DNA from: Candidatus Poribacteria bacterium
GTDB lineage: Bacteria; Poribacteria; WGA-4E; PCPOR2b
DNA: 64,000 bases
NCBI GenBank assembly: GCA_965218095.1
Contig: OZ244587.1
Span: 5,248,001-5,312,000 of the forward strand
Reading direction: 5' to 3'
Below are positions 20,809 through 31,256 of this stretch, one piece after another. Below the pieces are notes generated by a model. That model searched no databases. It saw only the letters and a list, made by a program, of their open reading frames with translations, and was not told where the DNA came from. The position numbers were made by a program, and so were the translations under genes. Positions within the stretch are counted from its first letter, which is position 1; each line of letters begins with the position of its first letter.

Positions 20809-22710
20809 TTACGAACGAGCCGCGTCCGGCACGTTACAATCGAGCCGATAACTCGGATTGCACAGATCACAATTTCCGCAATAGTATTCCTCCTCGACCG
20901 CTTCGCCGAAATACCTCCGTACCAATCGCCCGCGACATCCTTCCGCAAGCGCATAGAGGTCGATCTGGTCAATTTGGCGACGTTTGCTGCGAAGGTAATC
21001 CTCAAACCCCATCTGATCCGCGGACATTGAGGCGAACAGATCGCTGTCTTGAAGTAACTCAATCAATACCAGATCTTCCGCCCCCCAATACCTCAAATAC
21101 CCTTCGCCTTGCAAGTCAATTAGCTGCTCCATGAGTCGGTCGGGACGGAGGTCGAACTCTCGACAAAAATCTAGGACGTGTAATTCCGATCGGGAGCGCA
21201 AGTGGCGTAGCAGAATCCGTTGTGATTCGTCGGCAATCCCCGCACTCTCAATAGGTTCAAATGAAGGTGTTCTCACCGAGAGTTTTGAAGGTACATTATA
21301 CAATCTCCGCAGGAAACCGAGTTTCTCCAAGTGGCTAATCCCGCCCCGAATTTTCCCTTCGTTGAAACTACTCAACCACTCTAACTCCTCCGCCGCAAAC
21401 ATCCGAAAGCTGCCAACTGAGGGGAAGGTTTCGATCAGCTTCAGGAGTTTGAGGAGATCTGGTTTATTTGGCGCGCTCTCCTTGATAAACCACTCATGCA
21501 ACTTTCGGTCGTCCGGGCAATAAAACAGGACACAGTGTGCAGCTTCGCCATCACGTCCAGCGCGTCCCGCTTCTTGATAGTACTGCTCCAGCGTGCCCGT
21601 CATTGTCCAATGAATGATATATCGGATGTTGGATTTGTCAATTCCCATCCCGAACGCATTGGTGGCAACAACCAGATCAAGTCCAGCAGGACCATCGTCA
21701 AAGAACCGATCTTGTACCCGTTTACGCTCAAAATCTTCGCGCCCGGCGTGATAAAAATCGACACGGTGCCCACGCCTCTTTAGGTACAACGCAATCTCCT
21801 CAGTCTCCCGCCGACGTCCGGCGTACACAATCCCCTTGCCCGTTAGCCGCTGCAGGTGTTCATCAAGATGCGGATATTTTTCGGCATCCCCCGAAACTTC
21901 GCAAACGCTGAATTTCAGGTTGGAACGTTCAATACCACGGGTGAAAGTCTGGGGCGGTTGAATTTCTAAGTGATCCAGAATGTCTTCCCGTACATCAAGG
22001 GTTGCCGTTGCTGTGAACAGAGCAATTGAACTCGGATGCAATTCACGAATGGCGTCACGGAGCGCGAGGTAGGAAGGACGGAAATCGTGTCCCCATTGAG
22101 AGATACAGTGGGCTTCGTCAATCACAAACAGGGAGATCTGGTGTGAATCAAGCAGGTTCAGAAATCGACGACTACGAAAACGCTCTGGAGCGATATAGAG
22201 CAGCTTGATTTCCCTACGTTCTAAGCGTTCCAATTCCGTACGGTACTCCTCCCAACTCAGACTACTGTTGAGCAGTGCCACCGCATAAATCCCTTGCTCA
22301 CGTAACGCATCAACCTGATCTTTCATCAAAGAAATCAGTGGAGAAACAATCACAGTCACCCCTGGTAGCATCAACGCCGGCAACTGATAGCAGAGTGATT
22401 TTCCGTAGCCGGTTGGGAAGGACACGAGAATATTCTCTCCAACCAGAATTTTTTCTATAACTTCATGCTGCCCCTCCCGGAAGGCAGAATGACCAAAATG
22501 CTGTTTGAGTGCTGCCAGCAATTCATCCGTGATTTCATCAGGCGCAGCGCTATCATTCTCTGAAACCGAGGGGGATTTTGGCGTCTCACCTGGTGCGTCG
22601 AGTAGTTGATCTATGTTCTGAAGGAGCGCTTGTAAATCTTTCATCTCGGAAACAAAATAGGCATCCTCTAGGCAACTTCCACCGGAGGTGCCTGTATGTA
22701 GGCGACACAT
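20809..22710 (-). CDS. RecQ-family ATP-dependent DNA helicase
   Basis: PTGYGKSLCYQ, DEAHCISQWGHDFRP, ATNAFGMGID, QEAGRAGRDG, Zn-binding CR...CGNCDLC. Confidence 0.93.
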   Translation of the reverse strand: MCRLHTGTSGGSCLEDAYFVSEMKDLQALLQNIDQLLDAPGETPKSPSVSENDSAAPDEITDELLAALKQHFGHSAFREGQHEVIEKILVGENILVSFPTGYGKSLCYQLPALMLPGVTVIVSPLISLMKDQVDALREQGIYAVALLNSSLSWEEYRTELERLERREIKLLYIAPERFRSRRFLNLLDSHQISLFVIDEAHCISQWGHDFRPSYLALRDAIRELHPSSIALFTATATLDVREDILDHLEIQPPQTFTRGIERSNLKFSVCEVSGDAEKYPHLDEHLQRLTGKGIVYAGRRRETEEIALYLKRRGHRVDFYHAGREDFERKRVQDRFFDDGPAGLDLVVATNAFGMGIDKSNIRYIIHWTMTGTLEQYYQEAGRAGRDGEAAHCVLFYCPDDRKLHEWFIKESAPNKPDLLKLLKLIETFPSVGSFRMFAAEELEWLSSFNEGKIRGGISHLEKLGFLRRLYNVPSKLSVRTPSFEPIESAGIADESQRILLRHLRSRSELHVLDFCREFDLRPDRLMEQLIDLQGEGYLRYWGAEDLVLIELLQDSDLFASMSADQMGFEDYLRSKRRQIDQIDLYALAEGCRGRLVRRYFGEAVEEEYYCGNCDLCNPSYRLDCNVPDAARS

Positions 22711-22727
22711 GATTCGGTTTTTCGTGC

Positions 22728-23426
22728 CTAGTCTTTGAATCGAAAGCGGATAATATGAAACAGCGCCGCAACCCCATCTTTCCAGCTTACCTTTTTCCCT
22801 TGAGCATAATCCCGTCCTCTGTAGTTAATGGGCATCTCAAGAACGCGGCATTTGCGTTTGGCAAGCTTGGCTGTGATTTCCGGCTCGAACCCAAATCGAT
22901 CCGAACGCAACGGTATCTCACGCAAAATCGGAGTTTTTATCACTTTGTAGCACGTTTCCATGTCGGTGAGGTCTAAACGAGTGAAGAGATTGGAAAGAAA
23001 AGTCAAGAATTTATTCGCGGCATAGCTCAACAGCAGCGCCCGCTGCCTTCCCACTGTGAACCGAGACCCGTACACAGCATCCGCCTCCCCAGCTAAAATA
23101 GGTTGAATCAGCCTGGGGTAATCCTGGGGGTCGTACTCCAAATCGGCATCCTGGATGATCGTTATATCCCCAGTCACATGATGAAACCCAGTTCGCAGTG
23201 CGGCGCCCTTTCCCCGGTTAGACTCATGGTGAAACACGCGAATTGATTCATCGCCGGACGCTTCAATTTTCTTGAGCATCCTACGGGTCCCATCCGTTGA
23301 GTAGTCGTCCACTAAGATGATCTCCTTTTCAATCCCGACATTGACAGCTTTAACCTGCCGGAGCATTTCATCCAGCGTGTCGATTTCATTATAGACAGGA
23401 ATAACGATTGATAGCTTATGTCCCAT
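22728..23426 (-). CDS. GT2 glycosyltransferase (DPM1-like)
   Basis: SIVIPVYNE, VDDYSTDGT, NRGKG, QDADLEYDP, DMETCYK. Confidence 0.93.
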   Translation of the reverse strand: MGHKLSIVIPVYNEIDTLDEMLRQVKAVNVGIEKEIILVDDYSTDGTRRMLKKIEASGDESIRVFHHESNRGKGAALRTGFHHVTGDITIIQDADLEYDPQDYPRLIQPILAGEADAVYGSRFTVGRQRALLLSYAANKFLTFLSNLFTRLDLTDMETCYKVIKTPILREIPLRSDRFGFEPEITAKLAKRKCRVLEMPINYRGRDYAQGKKVSWKDGVAALFHIIRFRFKD

Positions 23427-23578
23427 GCAAAATCCCTCATCTGCTTGCTGCTGTTGATTCAATGGCAGACACAGCGCTTATCACATGGATAGCATAACAT
23501 ATATGCCAAATCGAATCAAGCCCCTTTGTGCATAATGGTATGTTTCAGGAAGTTATTGTGAGGGCTCTTGCAACCCAG

Positions 23579-24223
23579 CTAGGGATTTAACGCCCACTCA
23601 AGTTGTTCATTTTTCAAATACGGGAGTAGAAGGGTTTGAAGACGTTGATGGGCATGGTGGAGATGGGCTTTGATTGTACCTTCAGATCTGTCCAATCGTG
23701 CGGCAATCTCTTTCAATTGGAGCCCTTCTTGATATCGAAGATTAAAAACACGTTGCTGTCCGGGCGGAAGTTGGCGTACAGCTTGACCAATGATCTGCCC
23801 AAGTTCCTTGGTCTCTACCTGATCCGGCGGTAGTGGACTTGCATCGTTAAACGCTGCCTCATCATTGCCCCCTGCGGTCAGGTCCTCCAGTGATAAAGTT
23901 CGTCCACGGTTTTGTTGACGAATGAAGTCAATGCAGAGGTTAATGGCAATCCGATAGAGCCAACTATAGAATGCCGATTGCCGCTTGAAATGAGGTAGGG
24001 CGCGAAAGGCTTTGATAAAGACCTCTTGAGAGAGGTCTCTCGCGGTTTCAGAATTGGGGACGTATTTATAAGCTAAATTATAGATTTTCGCCTGATATTT
24101 AATTACAAGCTCATTAAAAACTTCTTTTTCACCATTCTGGAACCGTTCGACGAGTTCTCCCTCATCAGTAGACGGAGAAGTGTGGGTTGAACGCGCCGGT
24201 AAAGTATAACTGCATTTAGCCAT
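23579..24223 (-). CDS. ECF (RpoE-type) RNA polymerase sigma factor
   Basis: DLSQEVFIKA, FYSWLYRIA.N, region-4 EIA...EGTIK. Confidence 0.92.
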   Translation of the reverse strand: MAKCSYTLPARSTHTSPSTDEGELVERFQNGEKEVFNELVIKYQAKIYNLAYKYVPNSETARDLSQEVFIKAFRALPHFKRQSAFYSWLYRIAINLCIDFIRQQNRGRTLSLEDLTAGGNDEAAFNDASPLPPDQVETKELGQIIGQAVRQLPPGQQRVFNLRYQEGLQLKEIAARLDRSEGTIKAHLHHAHQRLQTLLLPYLKNEQLEWALNP

Positions 24224-24354
24224 GCGGCTTTCTCCTTTTCGGTGGGGGATGGTCGATGCGTGAAAGTTCGGAGATCTGGCGCAAAGTAGACGTGAATCTT
24301 TTTATAATACACCGACCTCCATCAAATTGTTCCATATTCCTTATGCACGAACTA

Positions 24355-25173
24355 GGTTCTGTTGACATTTGAGTATAAGGTTGTGGCATATAGAAGAATG
24401 ACGCCAATAACCTTACCTGATGAACAATGGAATAAGATATACCGGTTTCTTCTAAGCTGTCCCACCATCTATGTTGGCGACGAAGCTGCTACACGCCGCT
24501 TCGTCGAAGCCGTCCTGTGGGTGACTCGTAGTGGCGCTCAATGGAGACTTCTACCAGACACCTATGGCAAATGGAACACCCGCTACAAGCGGTTTGCTCG
24601 ATGGTGCGACAAAGGTATCTTCACACAGATGCACCCCCACTTCGCCTCTGACCCCGATATCGAGTCGCTTATTGTGGACAGTACCATCTGCCGCGCTCAC
24701 CCGTGTGCGGCGGGCGCCTTAAAAAAAAGGGTGGCACTGAAAACCAAGCATTAGGTCGGTCTCGGGGCGGTTTCAGTACAAAAATTCACATCACAGTTAA
24801 CGGACTAGGCAATCCCCTAAGAATTCATCTGACCCCCGGTCAGAGACATGACATAACTGAGGCGGAAGGGTTGATAATCGGATATAACAGTGAATATGTG
24901 ATTGGAGACAAGGGGTACGATTCGGACGCTTTTATCACGGTTATTGAGGCGAATGGAGCGATTGCGGTGATACCGCCCAAAAGTCATCGTGTTGACCAAA
25001 GAACGTATGACAAACGCTTATACAAAGAGAGACATCGGGTTGAATGTTTCATCAACAAGATAAAATGGTATCGTCGTATCTTCTCTCGGTTTGAGAAGCT
25101 AGCTGTCCGTTATTTTGGATTTCTCAGCTTTGTCGCCACTCTTATATGGCTCCCTTGAAATGTCAACAGAACC
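24355..25173 (+). mobile_element. IS5-family element copy 3, apparently intact (orfA/orfB with A8 -1 frameshift site)
   Basis: Same TIRs and TA duplication; both ORFs open; A8 at 24721-24728. Confidence 0.93.
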
Positions 25174-25816
25174 TAATAACATTGCTCAAGGATGTTTTCA
25201 ATGACGTTGATATCTGCTTGGTCAGCCGGTGCAACCGCCGTCGCCAGTGGCAGTCGGTGATTTTTATCGGCGTCATAAGCAAAAATGGTATGCTTGCGAT
25301 ACCCCACAAACTTATCCTTCTTTGTCAACGTTGGTCTTTGCCAACTGATTTGCACATCAGAATCGGAGAAATGTTTAGGGCAGTCGCATCCCTGTTGACA
25401 GTCACAGTTTTGCAACGGTTCGGTCGAAGCCTCAATCTCTAGAGAAGTGAGGATGTCACAGTGAAATTGTTGTGCTATTTCACCAGTCAGATGGTACTTT
25501 CTAAACAACGACAGGTATGAGGCTGTAAACTCAACCCCTTCCGACAGAACTGTTGGTAATCAGCGTCCTTATTGACTTGTCTGGGGAGTTCGTTAAACGA
25601 AATGATGTCTCGTTTGAGGAAGTAGAGCAAATGCGTTTTGTAACCAATAATGGGGTCGATTGGTGGTCTGCCAAACCCACTTTGGCAACTTTTATAGCTT
25701 TGTGTCAATCTCTGGCGAATCTGCTCTTCGTCGAACAAAACCTCGATTTTTGCCAACTGCAAATCCTGGTATTGATAATCAGGATCAACCTTTCCGTAAC
25801 GAAAACGTAATTCCAT
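25174..25816 (-). pseudogene. DDE transposase fragment (IS5/IS1182-like), frameshifted and truncated by IS5 copy 3
   Basis: GRPPIDP N-terminal motif; GYRKH...LPLATAVAPA..AD core fragment. Confidence 0.65.
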
Positions 25817-25846
25817 AGAGGCATCTCCTGAGTATGTTTGAATTAC

Positions 25847-26872
25847 TTAAGCGCCTAACTCCTCATTATACGCAAACAGCGCAGGTGTGCCTCCGGTATG
25901 CAGGAAAATTACCGTTTCATCAGAAGAGATTCTACCCTTTCGGATATGATCAATCAAGCCTGCAAATGCCTTGCTCGTGTAGGACGGATCCAGGAAAATC
26001 CCTTCCGTTTGCGCGACCAATTTTAAGGCTGTAATGCATTCGGGTGTCAACACGCCATAGGCTTCGCCGACGTAATCGGCGGTGTTACACACGTCGTCAT
26101 CGTGGATGTGGAGCTCGAGATCCAAAATCTGCGCCGCGTTGTTCGCCGCGATTCGGATGCGCTCGATCCGATCATCCCAGCCAATCGGCGCGAGCCCAAA
26201 AGGCTTTAGCTTCATGCCCAACGCCTTTGATCCGAGGATTAACCCCGCCTGTGTTCCGCCCGCTGAAGCTGCATAGATCCAGTCCGCCTCAATCCCCATT
26301 GCTTCCTGCTGTTCGTGGATCTCGGCGATGCACCACGAAAAGGCAACCGCAGCGAGGGCTGTCGATCTTGGGGCAGCGATGACGTAGGGCTTGAGGCCTT
26401 GCTTCTTCAAATCTTCAGCGAGGGCGTACTTGATTGCATCAAGTTCAGCGCCCATCACCGCATCGACGAATTCAACGTCTGCGCCAGCCAAACCATCCAG
26501 CAGCACATTCCCTTGGATCATGCTTTTGTGGTCACGGATGAGTCGCAGATAGCATTTCAACCCAAGCTTCGCAGCGGCAGCAGCGGCTTGCCGACAGTGG
26601 TTCGATTGTGATGCCGCACCCTGAATGATCGTGTCCGCTCCCTGATCTACGGCTTCACCGACCGTGAAAGTCAACTGGCGTACCTTATTTCCGCCAAACG
26701 CAAGCCCTGAACAGTCTTCGCGTTTGATGAGAATACGCGGACCGCCCAATGCCTCAGATAGACGTGGACAGTCCTCTAAAGGAGTTGGAAAATGCCCGAT
26801 TTCCACTTGAGGCTGTTGGTTTATTTTTTGACGAAGTTCTTCTCTGGTAACGATGGCATTTGATGGATTCAT
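25847..26872 (-). CDS. D-cysteine desulfhydrase / ACC deaminase family PLP enzyme
   Basis: PTPL, KREDCSGLAFGGNKVR, QSNHCR, LDPSYT.KA, FLHTGG. Confidence 0.93.
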   Translation of the reverse strand: MNPSNAIVTREELRQKINQQPQVEIGHFPTPLEDCPRLSEALGGPRILIKREDCSGLAFGGNKVRQLTFTVGEAVDQGADTIIQGAASQSNHCRQAAAAAAKLGLKCYLRLIRDHKSMIQGNVLLDGLAGADVEFVDAVMGAELDAIKYALAEDLKKQGLKPYVIAAPRSTALAAVAFSWCIAEIHEQQEAMGIEADWIYAASAGGTQAGLILGSKALGMKLKPFGLAPIGWDDRIERIRIAANNAAQILDLELHIHDDDVCNTADYVGEAYGVLTPECITALKLVAQTEGIFLDPSYTSKAFAGLIDHIRKGRISSDETVIFLHTGGTPALFAYNEELGA

Positions 26873-26915
26873 GGATGCTCCTTCTTCTAGCTATAGGCTA
26901 TATGACTGTTCATCC

Positions 26916-27299
26916 TTACGGAGTAAGTAACTCTCTCAGCAAATTCGTCAGCTCTTCGTTTCCTGAAGCCAACTCAAGAGCGCGTTTTATTTTATCCTCC
27001 CGGCTGCTTTCGTGTGTTGCACCGCCCGGCTCCCAAATGACTTCCAATTGCCTTGGGTTCAGACGATCATAGTTGACTTTCACAATGGCGAATGGGTAAT
27101 TGTCCGGCACCAGTATGATCCAATCAACTGTCTCGCCTCGGTCCGAATATTGCCGATGCGTCTTCAGACGTCGATCTTGATGTGGAACATTCTGTTTAAT
27201 CCACTGTTTGCGCTCAAACTGATCTGTTTCATAATGGCCAACTTCTAGCCAATTACGCCCTGCGCCATTCGGTTTGGTTGTGACATTAATCTGTGGCAT
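26916..27299 (-). CDS. Hypothetical protein (127 aa)
   Basis: ATG at 27299 with GGAGG RBS; no recognisable motif. Confidence 0.55.
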   Translation of the reverse strand: MPQINVTTKPNGAGRNWLEVGHYETDQFERKQWIKQNVPHQDRRLKTHRQYSDRGETVDWIILVPDNYPFAIVKVNYDRLNPRQLEVIWEPGGATHESSREDKIKRALELASGNEELTNLLRELLTP

Positions 27300-27318
27300 C
27301 GCTTGGGCACCTCCCTTC

Positions 27319-28335
27319 CTATTCAGATTTTTTGATTTGAACTGAAGAACCAGTTTTGTGGCTATCGGCAATCGCTTGGCAGATCTGCATCATCTCACAG
27401 GCATCGGCGAGGCTGGCATGGGGTTGTTTGCCGGCAATGATGGATCTGGCGAAATGCTCCAGTTCTTCGAGGTAGCCATGGCGACCGTAGCCGCGGTAGT
27501 GCGTTCCTTGATTCCATTCCTGTGTTGGGAAATCACGATAGCCTCCACTTCCTGACCACGTATCTGGCTTAAGATACTGAATTCGTTGCATATTGTGCAC
27601 CTGGATGACATGCCCGCTATCGCCGGCAACCATCACCAGCGTTTCCACTGTCGGTGCGCCGGCAACCATATTCAGCGTGCCAACCGCTCCGTTTGCAAAC
27701 TGTAGAGATACCGCGAACACCATTCGCCCGTCCGCTCCAAAATGTTCAAGGGCGAGAAGTTGCGTCACGTCGCCTACCAGATACTGCATGCAATCCACAA
27801 TATGAACGCCCTGATCTAGAAGGAACGCCCACTCCAGCGTTTCGTGGGCGCCCCTTGGGCTCGGCGCAAGATAACGCCCCTCAAATAGGATTGGATCGCC
27901 GAATTCCGCTTGCTCAATAATCTGCTTCGCCATGCGGTGTGCAGGTGCGTGCCGCCACATCGTTGCAACCATGCCAAATTTCCCCGTGCTTTCCGAGGTT
28001 TCACGGAGGCGCTCGGCGTCTTCGACATTGACAGCAGGTGGCTTTTCAATGAAAACGTGCTTCCCCAATTCCATGCAAGCGATCGCCAGGTCGGTGTGCA
28101 TGATTTTGGGATGTCCAACAACTGCAACGGCATCCAGATCTTCGGTAGTAATCATCTCTCGATAATCCGTGTACCACCGCTTGGCGCCAAAGCACTTGGC
28201 GTTGCTTTCAGCCCTCTCGATTTCTAGATCACAGGTTGCAACGAAGTCGATTTCGCGGATTAACGGAATACAGGGCTGGAGATTTCTGGTCGCATGTGTC
28301 CCACAACCGATAAAACCCAATTTAACTTGTGCCAT
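27319..28335 (-). CDS. Gfo/Idh/MocA oxidoreductase
   Basis: IGCG Rossmann motif, GKHVFIEKP, DQGVH. Confidence 0.92.
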   Translation of the reverse strand: MAQVKLGFIGCGTHATRNLQPCIPLIREIDFVATCDLEIERAESNAKCFGAKRWYTDYREMITTEDLDAVAVVGHPKIMHTDLAIACMELGKHVFIEKPPAVNVEDAERLRETSESTGKFGMVATMWRHAPAHRMAKQIIEQAEFGDPILFEGRYLAPSPRGAHETLEWAFLLDQGVHIVDCMQYLVGDVTQLLALEHFGADGRMVFAVSLQFANGAVGTLNMVAGAPTVETLVMVAGDSGHVIQVHNMQRIQYLKPDTWSGSGGYRDFPTQEWNQGTHYRGYGRHGYLEELEHFARSIIAGKQPHASLADACEMMQICQAIADSHKTGSSVQIKKSE

Positions 28336-28369
28336 GAAGATTTCCCTCTATTATATTATTTTCAATCCT

Positions 28370-28590
28370 CTATGCGGCGCCATTGAGTCCCAAATCTGCT
28401 AACGACTCTACTGTTAGGACATTCGTGGCAAGGGCTGTCAACGCTTCCTGAGATTTGATTGCCTGGATTCTATCTATGGTTACTTGCGGAAGTTCCCCAA
28501 ATTTGGCTTGCAATTGCTGCAAAAGAATGACATGCATCCCTTGCTGAAGTCCTTGTTGAATTGCTTCTTGTTTGAGTTTTCCATAGTAAC
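28370..28590 (-). pseudogene. C-terminal fragment of an Rpn/DUF4351-type protein
   Basis: QQGLQQG...LLQQLQAKFGELP...IQAI...L..L pattern, joined abruptly to the truncated oxidoreductase. Confidence 0.6.
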
Positions 28591-29243
28591 GACCCGATTC
28601 GTCCATTTTTCCAAAGCCCGGTCACAACATCGGCGTCATCATTCGAGACAACCCAAACTGCTTCACAGCCTGGCCCCATCAGCGCATACAAGGTTTCTAC
28701 ACCGTGGAGGCCGTAGTGAAATAACCCCGGGTTGTGTGGATGGAGCGGCGCAGGCGAGCAAACCTCCATGTCAAGAATCTCCCCGATTTCCCTTATCTTT
28801 TCTTGAATTTCAACGACCTCTAAACCGTAACGCAACGATGAGGAGGTGAAGATTGGAACATTTTTCGATTGGGCGAGGCCCGCTAAAGCCTTCGCCTGTT
28901 CTAAAGAGCAGGTAAAGGGCTTATCCACAAATACGGGCAATCCCGCTTCCAGAAACGGTGCAGTGCGATCATAGTGGAAGCTGCCCTCGACCGACTCGAT
29001 GAGTACCGCATCGATCTGCCCAATCATCTCATCCGGTTTGTCGACCAATGACACACCGTATCCCTGCATCTGCTTTGTGTAGACGAGGATGCATTCAGGC
29101 GACAGAAGCGAATCCCCTGGACAGCCGAGAACAACTTTTGCCCCATCAACCTACTGTTCTTCGCTCACGTCCACATAGTTCAAACGTCGTGTGAATTCAA
29201 CCACATGGGATGTATCAAAATCAACGATTCCGAGACGGATCAT
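28590..29243 (-). pseudogene. Gfo/Idh/MocA oxidoreductase, nonsense codon and 3' truncation
   Basis: MIRLGIVDFDTSHV start; TAG at ~29153 (EEQ*VDG); PVFVDKP, SSSLRY, YGLHGVE motifs. Confidence 0.8.
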
Positions 29244-29485
29244 TTATCCCTCCAACTCCGTGCTATCATGAAATGACTCAAACCACACGGACAATCATAA
29301 TACTGCATTTTCACCGATTTTGTGGTGTTTTGTCAAGGCATTTTTTCCACTGGCTCAAACTTTCAGCAACATTTCTTTGCCCTCGCCGAGCGAAGCTGTC
29401 AGAACAGCGGAGGCAGATTGGGTGGGATGGCTACCCATCGTCGGATTTTTCGAATCCGATCTATTTCCCGCTTCGCTATAATTTA

Positions 29486-29719
29486 CTAAGCTTTGGACAA
29501 TTTTACCCTCACCAAAATCAGTAATAGCAAGGGTTGTGGATTTTAATCAGAGTTCATAAAATCTCTCGACTCACACAAAATTCTCCCCAATTGTCGGAGG
29601 AATGCAGGTGTCTGATTTTGGGGATTTGTCTGACCAATCTGTCACTATTGATACCGCAGATGGCTCCAAGCGAAGTCTCTTCTCACTTTAGACACTTTAG
29701 TACACTGTCCAAACTTTAG
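29486..29719. mobile_element. 234-bp MITE with 9-bp target duplication
   Basis: TIRs CTAAGCTTTGGACA / TGTCCAAACTTTAG; flanking TATAATTTA at 29477-29485 and 29720-29728. Confidence 0.75.
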
Positions 29720-29754
29720 TATAATTTAGGGGAGATTGTTATCTGAAAAAAGAC

Positions 29755-29783
29755 TTGCACGAAATACGGATCTCGTTTATAAT
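29755..29783 (+). promoter_or_regulatory. Sigma70-type promoter upstream of the larA-family gene
   Basis: TTGCAC-17 bp-TATAAT; GAGGTG RBS before ATG 29838. Confidence 0.6.
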
Positions 29784-29837
29784 GGTAGTGTATGTATGAA
29801 GGATTCAGGCTTGGGTGTTAAAAAGAGGTGAATTTTA

Positions 29838-31112
29838 ATGCGAGTTGGTATGCAATACGGACGCGGTATGCTGGAAGTCGAAATCCCTGACCGAAATTTA
29901 GCAGGTGTGCTAACTATCCAGCGATCTGTCCCAATCGAGCATCCAGAACGTGCGGTTTGGGACGCAATCGAGTCGCCAATTCATTCCCCGCCATTAGCGG
30001 AGCTGGCGAGGGATCTGACTTCCGCCTGCGTTGTCATTTCGGACGTGACACGTCCTGTTCCCAATAAGCTGATTCTGCCACCGATTCTACAAACATTGGA
30101 GACGAGTGGCATTCACCGAGAGAAAATCATAATCCTGATTGCGACGGGCATCCATCGTCCCAACGAAGGAGAAGAGCTTGAGGAGATGGTCGGCACCAAG
30201 CTCATGAACAACTATCGGATTATCAACCATCTTTCGCAGGAGCTGGAAACGCACAAATATCTTGGTTTAACACGGAACGGGACACCGGTTTATATCAATA
30301 AAACCTATCTGGAATCAGACCTGAAGGTCACGACGGCTCTGATTGAGCCGCATTTGATGGCGGGATATTCTGGCGGACGCAAATCGATTTGCCCGGGGCT
30401 GGCTTCGGTCGAGACGATGAAAATTATGCACGGCCCCCAGATTCTTGAGCATCCGAACGCTTCGGTCGGTATCCTTGAAGGCAACCCGCTTCATATCGAA
30501 GCCACTGAGATCGCCTTGATGGCAAGCGTCGATTTCAACGTGAATGTCACAATCGACGATCGACGTCGACTGACCGGCGTGTTTGCCGGTCATCTTGTTG
30601 AGTCCCATTTAGCCGGCGTTAAGTTCGTTGAGAAACAGGTGAAAGCCACACTGCCGCAGCCCGTGGACGCTGTCCTGGTGTCAAGTGCGGGTTATCCGCT
30701 CGATGCTACATTTTATCAAGCCATCAAAGGACTCCTGGCGGCGGTGGAAATTGTCAAGCCAAATGGGAGCATTATCCTAGCAGCGGAGTGCAGTCAAGGA
30801 ATTGGCAGCAAGCCTTTCACAGAACTGATTTTGAAAACACAAGATCTCAGGCAATTTATCCACGATATTTACGACCCGGCGAACTTTGTCATCGATCAAT
30901 GGCAACTGGAGGAGCTAGCAAAAGCGGCGAAAAAGGCCGAGATATACTGTTATAGCGATGGTATACCTTATGACCAACTCAAGGACCTGTTTGTGCATCC
31001 GATCCGAACCCTTGAAGAAGGGATTGAGCGCGTCCTTTTCAAACATGGGGCTGATGCCCAAATCGCGGCAATCCCTGAAGGCCCCTATGTTTTAGCAAAA
31101 GTCGAAAATTAG
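29838..31112 (+). CDS. larA: LarA-family nickel-pincer racemase/epimerase
   Basis: SDVTRPVP, ATGIHRP, EPH..AGYSGGRKSI.PG, GYPLD.TFYQA.K. Substrate is not determinable. Confidence 0.85.
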   Translation: MRVGMQYGRGMLEVEIPDRNLAGVLTIQRSVPIEHPERAVWDAIESPIHSPPLAELARDLTSACVVISDVTRPVPNKLILPPILQTLETSGIHREKIIILIATGIHRPNEGEELEEMVGTKLMNNYRIINHLSQELETHKYLGLTRNGTPVYINKTYLESDLKVTTALIEPHLMAGYSGGRKSICPGLASVETMKIMHGPQILEHPNASVGILEGNPLHIEATEIALMASVDFNVNVTIDDRRRLTGVFAGHLVESHLAGVKFVEKQVKATLPQPVDAVLVSSAGYPLDATFYQAIKGLLAAVEIVKPNGSIILAAECSQGIGSKPFTELILKTQDLRQFIHDIYDPANFVIDQWQLEELAKAAKKAEIYCYSDGIPYDQLKDLFVHPIRTLEEGIERVLFKHGADAQIAAIPEGPYVLAKVEN

Positions 31113-31256
31113 GTTTTGGGACTTAGGCGCATCAGGCATTAGAACTTATACCGAATTCGGCTTAAAATTTTCCATCTCCCAATGGGAAACGACAAGCCTA
31201 AACCAGTATGAGCCCCAATACCTGATACCTAACAACGATTCCACGAGGGGAATGAA

